Notes under the pieces: model-generated | Databases searched by the model: none | What the model was told of the DNA's origin: nothing | Seen by the model: the letters and a program-made list of their open reading frames with translations, nothing else | In this document: positions 13,303 through 23,970 of the stretch, piece by piece | Layout of the letters: every line of letters begins with the position of its first letter | How positions within the stretch are numbered: the first letter of the stretch is position 1 | Made by a program: the position numbers and the translations under genes | Origin: Eledone cirrhosa | Lineage: Eukaryota | Assembly: GCA_964016885.1 (NCBI GenBank) | Contig: OZ024740.1 | Span: forward strand, 150,164,001-150,228,000 | DNA: 64,000 nucleotides | Direction of reading: 5' to 3'

Positions 13303-14608
13303 ACTACTAAAAATTGGGGACAAAATGCTCTTATATAAAATTATGTTGCAAGGTTTTAATTGAAGAACCCAAAATTGTGTCAATGACTGGTCTTTCTCAA
13401 ACTCAATGGGATATTGCTCTCACATTGATGGTAGCTTGCTGCTATACAGACTCCCTAGGTTACAACCAAATAAAGGTTACTTAACTGATTGGCATTTAGT
13501 TGCTTTCCAGTGCTCCTAAATCTTCCCCACAGAGGAGCTGCTTTGTCCTTTCAGCTTTTCTACCATTACTACAGTAACCTCCACTCTTTGAATCTGCATT
13601 CATAATTTATTCATCTCTTACCCTTACTGCCATATTGCGTCCTCCTCAAGCTCTGATGTCACACTAACCAGTATACTCAGTCTATCCTCACCAGAATGTC
13701 GACCCCAACCCCTGTGATTCCTTCCCCATGTTTTCCCTACAGTGGTAGCGTAGATATGCAACTGTTTAAGTGTTAATCCTGCCTATTTCATCACTCTTAG
13801 AAGACCACAATCAAATTAATATTTTTTTTTTTTTTTTTTTTTTGTTAAATCAAGAAATTATAAACTTATTTAACCTGCACCAGTATTGAAGTTAGGCAAG
13901 GGATACATGCTCAAATATGGATTGGAACAAGCACTGGAAAACAAGCTTAGTTAAAACTTTAATTTTTCAAAAAGAAGACTGCAAAATTCTAGCACTGAAG
14001 TATTATTTCAAATATAAAATGTGAACAATTGTATTCAACAAATGAGAAATGACAAAGAATTATCTAATTAAAACAGACTGAGCTATACATTAAGCACACC
14101 ATTCACAATGTAATTACATTTTTCATTGCCTCCTACTCCAAATTTTCTCCAAAAACAGTACAATAGATAAAATTAGTGAATAACAAAACTGAACTTTAAA
14201 AGGTCATATAACACTTTCTATAAAGTACCATGAAAGCCAAGATAAAATAACATGTTAGGCCAGTTTTTATTATACACAGAACATTATATAGCTTGCAGTA
14301 GTGCAGTGGAAACTTCTCAGCCAACAAACATTTCATTATTCAGTTATATATATATAACTATATATATATATATATTGTGAACAATGAGATCAAGCAGTGG
14401 TTCACTGCATGTGTCATCATTCCAGATGTATAGAGGTTGAAAAACAAACTTCCTACGCTAATCTAATGTATATACACATAAGTAACTCATCTTGCCACAA
14501 AAATACATGAAAACCCAGGTTTTCTGAACCTACAGTTCAAAATATGTGGTACATTGTAAATGCATGTAAAACGAAGGTGCAACATATCTAATAGCATGAC
14601 TTGTCAAG

Positions 14609-14640
<32 letters not shown>

Positions 14641-14877
14641 TATATATATCCCAGCCTATCAGCTGGAACACAGTAATATGTGTGTGTGTTAACATTTTAG
14701 AGAGTGGCTGCTCCAACATAACAGTGAATCATTGGATTATCTACACCCTTTGAGTGAAGTGACAGGAGATACCAAATGGAAACAATGTACTTCAGAGGAA
14801 GTGGGTGAAGGTGCTGCAGAGGACCCCTTAAACATGTAGTTATGAAAATTAGCTGTATGATGGTGGTTATATATATC

Positions 14878-15487
14878 ATCACCGTTTAATGTCTACCTTT
14901 CTTGCTTACATGACAACTCTCCCGACCCATGCATCTAGCCAAGTCAAGTGACCATGTCTAGATAGATGGCCTTCCTAACACAAACCACTTTACAAAGTGG
15001 ACTAGGTGCTTTTATCACGGCACCAGCATATCCACATTACAGGAAGAAATGAATGTGTATGTGCGTTTTGGTAGGGGATGTTAGACCACACACATTTTTA
15101 AATTGTAAGGCAAGTTTTCTCTAATACTGCAGGTTGTCAGTTCTTGTGTTCTTTGTCATCTGCTTAAATTCCTCTTCCTAAGGACAGTCATCACTACTTC
15201 ATCCCATGTCTTCCTAGGTCTAACTCTTCTACAGGACCCATCAACTGAAATTTCTCCACACTTCTATATACAGCTGTCATCTTCCATACACATCACTACC
15301 AACAGTCCTCTCATAAACACTACACCCAATTCATCTTATGCATAGATTTTTTTTCAGTTCACAGTGCACACTAACAATATACATCCACTAGAACATACTA
15401 TTTGTAGCCTTTGCAGATCTCATACTGCCAAGTAGCATCACTGTTCTCATACACAATCTATTTTTCACTCAGAAGCCCTCTTTGTAG
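14878..15487 (-). mobile_element. Old RTE 3' fragment
   Basis: Decayed ATKG..RL..MRTVMLLGS coding remnant and RTE 3' UTR motifs. Confidence 0.65.
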
Positions 15488-16013
15488 TCATCAGAGATAC
15501 TACTTTCAAAGCATCCTTCCCTACCTGAGGCTGGGTTCGTGGAAGATTTACATAAGAAAAAGAAAATAGTAATAATAATAAAATAATGAAAATGTGGGGG
15601 GGGGGGGGGGGACAAGAAAAAGAAATGAAGGAAGAAAAGAAAGCAAGAGAAAGGGAAGGAAAAAAAAAAAAAAAGGTGTTTAGTAGAGGTTTTTCCTTTT
15701 ATCTTGAGATTGTGTATGTGTGGTTGTAACTGTTTATATATAGGTGTGTGTAAACTGGTCATTCCCATCCATAGATCACTATTTATTGTCTAATGGGGAA
15801 AAATTACATTTAATTGTGGTTTGTATTTGCTAATGAATTGTTTTTTTCTATTTTCTGTTCTGGAGTGAATGAACAGAGCATTTGTAGAGTGTTGGGTATG
15901 TCTAATCCTGCACATGTCACATCGTAGCTGCTTAAAGGGATGTCTCATGTTTTCATCACATATTTATTGGCGGAGTATGGTCAATGAAGTCCCAGGCTAT
16001 CCTATAATTTTGT

Positions 16014-16082
16014 AGAGTGGCGCAGTGGAAGCGTGCTGGTCACATAACCCAGAGGTCTGTAGACCGAAACTACCTTTCGCTA
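16014..16082 (+). pseudogene. Initiator tRNA-Met (CAT) derived sequence lacking the first ~3 nt
   Basis: agagtggcgcagtggaagcgtgctggtcacataacccagaggtc...cgaaac...gcta matches eukaryotic tRNA-iMet; anticodon and acceptor stems are mutated. Confidence 0.85.
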
Positions 16083-16092
16083 TGTGGCTTTG

Positions 16093-16341
16093 TGGAGGCA
16101 CATGGCTTAGTGGTTAGAGCATTGGGCTTGCAATCGAAATGTTGAGTTCAATTCTCAGACCGGGTGATGTGTTGTTTCCTTGAGCAAGACACTTTATTTC
16201 ACATTGCTCCAGTTTACTCAGCTGTAGAAATGAGATGATAGGACTGGGGTCCCTATCATTCCACTGCAAAGTGGTCGTGAAGGTGCCACGGCAAAAAAGC
16301 ACCCAGCCCACACTAAAGTGGACGTGTAGGTGCCACGGGGG

Positions 16342-16372
<31 letters not shown>

Positions 16373-16492
16373 ACCCAGCACTCACTTTAAAATGAGGTTG
16401 GTGTTAGCAAGAACATCCAGCTGTAGAAATCAAGGCCAGAATCAGTTCCCGTCCCACCCTTGCAAGCAGGGAAAAGTGGACGTAAAATGACA
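16093..16492 (+). mobile_element. SINE family B head/core joined to an RTE 3' UTR
   Basis: 16093-16235 matches 10136-10277; 16258-16492 matches 35959-36220. Confidence 0.8.
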
Positions 16493-18787
16493 ACATCCAC
16501 AGCATGTAATCACACAAATGTTTTCCGAGATTCAAGTTAAATTTTCTTTTATTCTGAAGGTTTGACCATCCTTAAATTTGAATTCAGGTCCTTCAATTAG
16601 GTATAAGCAGGTACCACAATATTTTCTTCCACATTTTGTATCAGTGTGGTTGGAGATTTCTTAGTGGGGATATGTTTTGGCTGTCTTGTACTCATGATTG
16701 TGTTTCTAGAAATTTTTTTATTTTTTCATCTATATATAAAATAGGAAGGTTTTTGTGAAGGTATTTTGATATTTTGGGTGTTAAAAGTTGAGACATATGG
16801 TAAACCATTTTTCTTAGTTTTGTTTTTTCTTGTCCTTAGCTCTTAAGATATCTATATTTAGCGCTTTCTATTCCACTGGTGATTATGCCCAGTGGGAATG
16901 CTCTTTGGGTAAGTATATTTTTGAGTTCATCCAGTCTTTGCTCACATTTGATTGGGTCTGACACTATTGAGCAAAGCCTTTTAGTTAGGTTTTGTATGTT
17001 TTAGGTGATGATGGAAAAAGATAGTTTGGAGTGTGGGTTTCTAGAAAATGTCTATCCCGTTTTCAAATTGTGATATTTAAAAAGGCTAGTTCCTAGGTAT
17101 TAAACTCCACTGTGAATTGTTAAGATAAAGCAATCATCCAGGTACCTTTTCCATTTGTTTTTTTTAGTTGTGTCTAAAATGTTTCTCCAAATAGTAATAG
17201 AGATTGGCTGGAAACCCATGACTAAATTGGTGGGGCTACTTTTGTGCCCATTGTGGTTCCTGATAATTGTTGGTATGCAAATCCATTGAACAAAAAGTAA
17301 TTGTTATGTAGAATGAATTTGAGCCCATCAAGAATAAAGTCTTTTTTTAATGTGTGCCGGTAATTCAGATTGGTATGTAGCCATTATTTGATTACAGCTA
17401 TTCCAGTCACGGGATATGTTCATGTATAGGATTACAATTTCAAAAACAAAATTTGTTAGAACTAACCTCATTAGAACCAACCTTACACAATCTAAAACTA
17501 CGAGAATGCAGAACTTAATCAATGCAACAATGGGAAAAGGGTGAAAATTGGTTCCTTAAATATGAAGAGGAATTTAAGAAAATACATCACCAAAACAATC
17601 CTTTCATAAAGAAAGTTAACAAAACAAGAAACCTTTGCAGAAAGTCAGACCACCAAACAACACATCCAAACCAGACATAATTCTCCTCAACCCAAAATAC
17701 ACTCAAACAACAGGAACATACATAATCACTACAATATTGACAATCACAAAAACATCTACCAAAGAACCAAGCTACAAAGGACACCCCCATAACACAAACC
17801 TTATGAATAAACCCATACAACAAAATTCCAACAGATCCCACATACAAAGGCCACTATGACAGGTACCACACCCTAAACAACACCAATACCACCAACACCA
17901 ACAAAATCACCTGACAGAACAAATAGTCGCAATCAAAATCTTTTTTTAGGAAAAGGATGGAAATACCAGGAGACACTGACTCCCACACATGCAAAACCAA
18001 AGGTAATGAACTTTTCATTCAAAGACGTCATTGACAAACACCCAACTAGATATGTTAGGGGACTGAAATTTACACCCTCCCTAAAATGAAAAACGACATC
18101 ACAGAATTCTGTCAAAAACCTAAGCTATAGCAGAAATTTTCTTCAAAAACAATGAAGATGAATCTCTAGTTAGAAATAAAAATTATTTCTGTCCAAGGAA
18201 AGGAAGGAATAAAGCACGACTCCTATTGCGAAAACAATGAATTTTCCCCTGGAGAACAATTGGAAATAGAAACACCAAATCAAATTTCTCAAAACATGGA
18301 AGAACTTAACTGATTTACAAAAAAACACCAAAATCACCATTAAAGAAGCTGATAAATGTAGCACTTGTTATGAACACAGATCTGACATCTAAACCTTGAC
18401 AACCAAATATATCTAGTTAAAACCTAACTATTTAAAGCTCAGGCCAACTATAGCAGGCTCTGTATGTGAAACACAGAGAGAGTAAAGCCCTAACTAGAAC
18501 ATGTGCAGAGCTACATATAAAATGATTTAGACATGCTAAATCACCTTCCCAAAACAATGAGCACACAACTTTTCTTCCTTTGACATTATAAACTCACAAA
18601 ACATACATCAAAAATGCCATATGGTAAGAACATTTTATTTTTTACCCAGCAAATTCAATTGAATATCTACTTCTACCTTCACACTTACATAATAAAAAGA
18701 AATGTTAACAGATATTCAAACTGCTCATGGAATATATGAATAAACATTTAAATATTTAATATTTGATAAGGTTATATCAATTGAAAC

Positions 18788-21700
18788 CATCATCATCATC
18801 ATCATCAACGTTTAACGTCCGTGTTCCACGCTTGCATGGGTTTGGACGGGGGTAGTCCCACTTGAGGCAAGAGTGATTGTCTTGCTCGCATAGGACTGTC
18901 TGGCAGGTTTTCTACAGTTGGATGCCCTTCCTAACACCAACCACATTTACAGTGTGGGTCTGGGAGGTTTTTACCGTGTTGCCTACACGGCCACATTACA
19001 GCGTGGACTGTGTGTTTTTTTGTCGTGACACCTACACGATCTCATTTGTTTCGGCCTGGATGGCGCGGCACCAACATAACTTTACATAGAACGGGGTGGT
19101 GTGGATGGGGTGGGGGTGGCGGCGGGAGGGGTGTATTTTGTTAGAGATGCCTACTGGCAAGGCGGGTCTTCTCTGTTACTGAGTACCGCCAAAGGTCACG
19201 GTCCAGTGACATTGTCTTGGAGAGGTGTAAGTGTGTGAGGTCGGAGTTTATCAGCTCATCCCATGTTTTTCTAGGTCTGCCTATTCCGTGGCTACCGTCT
19301 ATCTTTATTGCCCTGCACTTTGTAATACAGCTATCGACTTTCATGCGCATCACGTGTCCATACCAACGCAGCCTTCTCTCGAGTAAACAACATCTGATCC
19401 CTCTTATCTCTAATTTTTTCCTTAGTTCGTTTATGCTTTGCCGTTCACGTATATTACTGTTACACATCCAGCGGAGCATGCAAGCTTCGTTCCTCTCTAG
19501 TCTGCGTATATCCTCTGCACACAATGCCCAGGTCTCACTACCATGCAACATTGCTGTTCGTATGCAGGCATCGTACAACCTGCCTTTCATTTTTAGGGAG
19601 AACCCTTTAGCAGCTAATAGTGGTATAAGCTCTCTGAACTTTTTCCAACCAGTTCTGACTCTAGCTACAGTACTTTCAGAGCACCCTCCCCCACTGCTGA
19701 TTTTATCGCCCAGGTAACGGAAGCTGTCCACTATTTCTATAAAACCCTCTGCGCAATTGAAAGAGCTAGTATTTTGTGGGCACTTGCTGCTACTTATTGC
19801 ACCAGAACACCGGCCACATGTAAAGTCTATGTTCTTAGTTAGCTTACCTGTGATCCCACTACATCTTTTATGCACCCATACTTTGCATTTAGGACATAAG
19901 ATGGAGTTTCTACCTACGCCTTTCCTACATACCGAGCACGACCATTTCCCAGAAGGGACCGCCGCCTTGTTTTCTTTCCTACAAACTAGAACTTTGGTCT
20001 TAGCCAGGTTAATTTTAAGTCCTTTTGACTCTAGGCCGTGCTTCCATGTTTGGAATTTCTTCTCTAGCTCGGCCATTGATTCCGCTATGAGTGTCAGGTC
20101 GTCTGCGTATAGGAGTTCCCATGGGCAGCCTGTCTTGAACTCCTCTGTTATAGCCTGAAGGGCAATAATAAATAGTAGGGGGCTGAGAACAGAGCCCTGA
20201 TGGACGCCAACTTTTACGCTAAACTCTTCACTATATTCGTTGTTAATTCTAACCTTGCTGACTGTTTCTTTATACATGGCTTGTATAGCCCTCACAAGCC
20301 ATTCGTCAACGCCTAGTTTTCTAAGAGCCCACCAGATAATGGAGCGGGGGACTCTGTCGAAGGCTTTCTCCAGGTCGACAAAAGCTAAGTAGAGGGGTTT
20401 ACCTTTAGCTAGGTACTTCTCCTGTAGTTGTCGTACTATGAAAAGAGCGTCTGTGGTGCTTTTGCCTGACACAAACCCGAACTGCATTTCATCTAGATCA
20501 ATTCTCTCTCTGATTAGTTGCGCTATTACTTTTTCCGTGACCTTCATGACCTGGTCGATTAATTTAATGCCTCTATAGTTACTCCTATCTAGGGCGTCTC
20601 CTTTACCCTTATAACAGTTAACGATGATGCTGCTATGCCAGTCCTTCGGAACAACCCCATTCTGTACGACTTGGTTAACTATGCGGGTGACCATGGTGTG
20701 TCCCACCGTGCCAGATGCCTTCAGCATCTCAGCAACTATTTCCGAAGGCCCAGCCGCCTTACCAGTCTTCATATCCTTGATTGCCTTACTTATTATACTC
20801 CCCTCGACTAACACTGCTGGTCCCTCTATCGGGTCGATATGGGGGAGACTGTCTTTCTCCCATTTATTCTCCTCATTTAGTAGCCTTTCATAGTGACACT
20901 TCCAAGCTACCTTCTTATCAGTGTCGGTGATGGCAAGTATGCCATCATCGTTAAGTACACACTTCTCCCCGACAATATCACGGTTTTCCTTGACGCATTG
21001 CCTGGCAATCCTGAACACCTCACGTTTTTGGTCATCGCGTTGTAGAACATGCTTGAACTTTCTTTCCTCAGCTTCCCTTCTTGCTAAGTACACTTCTCTC
21101 CTAGCTTCCCTCCTGGCCACTTGATAGTCTACTCTACTTCCCCCATCCCGCCATACTTTCCAAGCCTGCTTTTTGGCCTTAATTGACCCCTCCACCTTAC
21201 TGTTCCACCACCATGTTACTCTCCTCCTGCCTACAGGCCTGCTCCAGCCACAGACTTCGTCTGTCGCCGACAGCAGGTTAGCTTTCAGAAATTTCCACTG
21301 TCCCTCTATATTGTCCGATTCTAGATGCTCTTCCTTACTGTCGAAAGCATCAAGTAATATGCTTTGAAATTTATTTCTGGCTGTGGGGTCTTTTAGTTTC
21401 CATATTTTCCTCCTGAGGATAGTCCTCTTCTGCTGTCGGGTGCGTCTCGTCCTGACTATGAGGTCGCTAATTATCAGTCTATGTTGGGAGGTGCATTCTT
21501 CATGGGGGAGGGATTTAGTGTTTACAACAGACACTCTGTCACGTCTTCTGGTAAGGATATAATCTACCTGGCTTGTGTGTTCCCCGGATCTATAGGTAAT
21601 CAGGTGATTGTCACGTTTTTTGAAGTTAGTGTTACAGATAGTTAGGTTATTTGCATCACAGTATTCCAGAATTCTGGAGCCTTCCTCATTTCTAGTACCA

Positions 21701-22646
21701 AACCCATAGCCTCCATGGATTTCGTCATAGCCGTCACAATGTTGTCCAACGTGACCATTTAGGTCGCCTGCAATAATTATATAGTCACTGTCAGATATTT
21801 GGGAGGTAGTTAGCAACAGTGTCTCATAGAATCTGTCTTTTATAGTGCCGGGCAGTCCGGATTGGGGTGCGTACGCAGATATTACTGTCACCGTAGTTCT
21901 ATTGAGGACAAGTCTTATTTTAATTATTCTGTCGTTCACTCTATTTACGTCTATTATCTTATCTGCCCACTTTTCTGCTACCATGATTCCTACTCCACCC
22001 AGCCCATCGTCGTTTCCCACCCAGAAAAGCTTATAACATCGTTTTTTACCCTCAATGAATCTAGCAGACCCACCCCTCCACCTGGTCTCTTGAATACAAC
22101 AAACATCGACCTCCTTACGTTCAAGCATTTCTACAACCTCGTTAGCGCGACCCTTTAGGGTGCCTACATTTATGGTACCAACTCTGAAGTTTTGGATCGC
22201 GTTTGGAGGGTGGGGGTGGTGTGGGGCGGGTGGTGTGGGGCGGGGGGAGATGGGGTTATGTTAGCCATCCGCGGGCGAAACAAAGAAGAGTGCTCGCATT
22301 CTCGTCCACGAGGTGAATTTGACTTTAGCATTGGCATTTTCGCTCTGGGCGTCCAGATTTTTCTCTCCCTTCCACTCTCCAAGGATTCCGCAGTCCGTCC
22401 GTCCATCCATCCATCCATCCATCCATCATATATCGAAGGCAACCGGGCAAGCGATAGTATAGGCCTCTGGCTTATGATTTGGTCCGCGTAATAATAATAA
22501 TGGTGATGCGTGGGGGTGGGGGTGGGTGGCTCTGGCTTATAATAATGGTGGTGATGCGGGGGGGGGGGGGGGCTCTGGCTTATGATTGGTCCACGTATTA
22601 AGTATGGTGGCGTGTGGGGGCGGGAGGGGTGTGGGGTAGCTAGCTG
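18788..22646 (-). mobile_element. Near full-length young RTE-clade LINE in TKT intron 1, same strand as TKT; may extend to 24317
   Basis: Uninterrupted APE-RT ORF, ~350-bp 3' UTR, (GAT)n tail, GC-rich 5' region; no convincing TSD seen. Confidence 0.92.
19141..22128 (-). CDS. RTE LINE polyprotein: APE endonuclease, reverse transcriptase, PHD-type zinc finger (995 aa from first Met; frame open to ~22260)
   Basis: CCIQETRW, ISAYAP, AGDLNGHVG, SQVDYIL, SQHRL (APE); FVDLEKAFD, GVHQGSVLSPLLF, LLYADD, FRYLG (RT); RRLRWYGHVMR, GRPRKTW C-terminus typical of RTE. Confidence 0.95.
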   Translation of the reverse strand: MLERKEVDVCCIQETRWRGGSARFIEGKKRCYKLFWVGNDDGLGGVGIMVAEKWADKIIDVNRVNDRIIKIRLVLNRTTVTVISAYAPQSGLPGTIKDRFYETLLLTTSQISDSDYIIIAGDLNGHVGQHCDGYDEIHGGYGFGTRNEEGSRILEYCDANNLTICNTNFKKRDNHLITYRSGEHTSQVDYILTRRRDRVSVVNTKSLPHEECTSQHRLIISDLIVRTRRTRQQKRTILRRKIWKLKDPTARNKFQSILLDAFDSKEEHLESDNIEGQWKFLKANLLSATDEVCGWSRPVGRRRVTWWWNSKVEGSIKAKKQAWKVWRDGGSRVDYQVARREARREVYLARREAEERKFKHVLQRDDQKREVFRIARQCVKENRDIVGEKCVLNDDGILAITDTDKKVAWKCHYERLLNEENKWEKDSLPHIDPIEGPAVLVEGSIISKAIKDMKTGKAAGPSEIVAEMLKASGTVGHTMVTRIVNQVVQNGVVPKDWHSSIIVNCYKGKGDALDRSNYRGIKLIDQVMKVTEKVIAQLIRERIDLDEMQFGFVSGKSTTDALFIVRQLQEKYLAKGKPLYLAFVDLEKAFDRVPRSIIWWALRKLGVDEWLVRAIQAMYKETVSKVRINNEYSEEFSVKVGVHQGSVLSPLLFIIALQAITEEFKTGCPWELLYADDLTLIAESMAELEKKFQTWKHGLESKGLKINLAKTKVLVCRKENKAAVPSGKWSCSVCRKGVGRNSILCPKCKVWVHKRCSGITGKLTKNIDFTCGRCSGAISSSKCPQNTSSFNCAEGFIEIVDSFRYLGDKISSGGGCSESTVARVRTGWKKFRELIPLLAAKGFSLKMKGRLYDACIRTAMLHGSETWALCAEDIRRLERNEACMLRWMCNSNIRERQSINELRKKLEIRGIRCCLLERRLRWYGHVMRMKVDSCITKCRAIKIDGSHGIGRPRKTWDELINSDLTHLHLSKTMSLDRDLWRYSVTEKTRLASRHL

Positions 22647-22911
22647 GAAGGTTATGAATGTTTAACAAGCGATTTAACAAAAAGCAAAACTGCAAGATTT
22701 GTTCTGTTCAATACGACAAAAACACCGTATTTAAACCTTAAATAGATAACAAAAAAATACAGATTTCGGATTTTGCGAGATTGGATGTTTGTTTGGACTG
22801 TGTACGGAATTGAGCGTGGAAATGGAGAGAAGGATTGTACTTTACGGTTTACATGAGTCCATCATAGAAATAATTGAAGCAAAGTGGATAAACATGAAGG
22901 AAAACTTATCT

Positions 22912-22946
<35 letters not shown>

Positions 22947-23421
22947 AGCTAAGCGAGAGATAGAGGGGAAGAAAGAGAGGGGGGGGGGGGGAGATAGTGG
23001 CTGACCGCAGCCCCCTCGTGGAGAAGCAGGAGGGTGAAGGGGTGGATCGGCTTTTTGACTTTCAAGTAGCATACTATATATATTTAAAGTAATTTATAAG
23101 TAGAATGGGGAGGATTTTGTTTTTTTTTTGTTTGAGAATACGATAGAATTAGGATAGAAGGTTATGAATGTTTAACAAGCGATTTAACAAAAAGCAAAAC
23201 TGCAAGATTTGTTCTGTTCAATACGACAAAAACACCGTATTTAAACCTTAAATAGATAACAAAAAAATACAGATTTCGGATTTTGCGAGATTGGATGTTT
23301 GTTTGGACTGTGTACGGAATTGAGCGTGGAAATGGAGAGAAGGATTGTACTTTACGGTTTACATGAGTCCATCATAGAAATAATTGAAGCAAAGTGGATA
23401 AACATGAAGGAAAACTTATCT

Positions 23422-23456
<35 letters not shown>

Positions 23457-23935
23457 AGCTAAGCGAGAGATAGAGGGGAAGAAAGAGAGGGGGGGGGGGG
23501 GGGGAGATAGTGGCTGACCGCAGCCCCCTCGTGGAGAAGCAGGAGGGTGAAGGGGTGGATCGGCTTTTTGACTTTCAAGTAGCATACTATATATATTTAA
23601 AGTAATTTATAAGTAGAATGGGGAGGATTTTGTTTTTTTTTTGTTTGAGAATACGATAGAATTAGGATAGAAGGTTATGAATGTTTAACAAGCGATTTAA
23701 CAAAAAGCAAAACTGCAAGATTTGTTCTGTTCAATACGACAAAAACACCGTATTTAAACCTTAAATAGATAATCAAAAAAATACAGATTTCGGATTTTGC
23801 GAGATTGGATGTTTGTTTGGACTGTGTACGGAATTGAGCGTGGAAATGGAGAGAAGGATTGTACTTTACGGTTTACATGAGTCCATCATAGAAATAATTG
23901 AAGCAAAGTGGATAAACATGAAGGAAAACTTATCT

Positions 23936-23970
<35 letters not shown>

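Larger units (their letters stand above)
15488..18625. mobile_element. Degenerate Penelope-like element (RT + GIY-YIG); 3' half on minus (15488-17327), 5' half on plus (~17330-18625)
   Basis: Minus: FILHNNYFLFNGFAYQQLSGTTMGTKVAP, KWKRYLDDCFIL, KCGRKYCGTC..ITCCGC..NY(I)G; plus: RPTIAGSVCETQR, DLDMLNHLP, SFDIIN. Confidence 0.8.

Noticed and set aside
16014-16082. Functional tRNA-iMet gene
   Set aside because: 5' end is missing, stems are disrupted, and it is embedded in a retroposed chimera.
18765-18790. TSD for the intact RTE (aaggttat / gttata matches at 22648 and 24320)
   Set aside because: Matches are short, not adjacent to the tail, and expected by chance in AT-rich DNA.
19217-22158. Plus-strand ORFs antisense to the RTE ORF
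   Set aside because: Shadow frames of a coding sequence with no recognisable domains.
22255-22400. HDV-like ribozyme in the RTE 5' UTR (ACCTCGTGG and GGCTAA resemble L3 and J4/2)
   Set aside because: I could not find complementary P1 or P2 strands; a covariance-model search would settle it.
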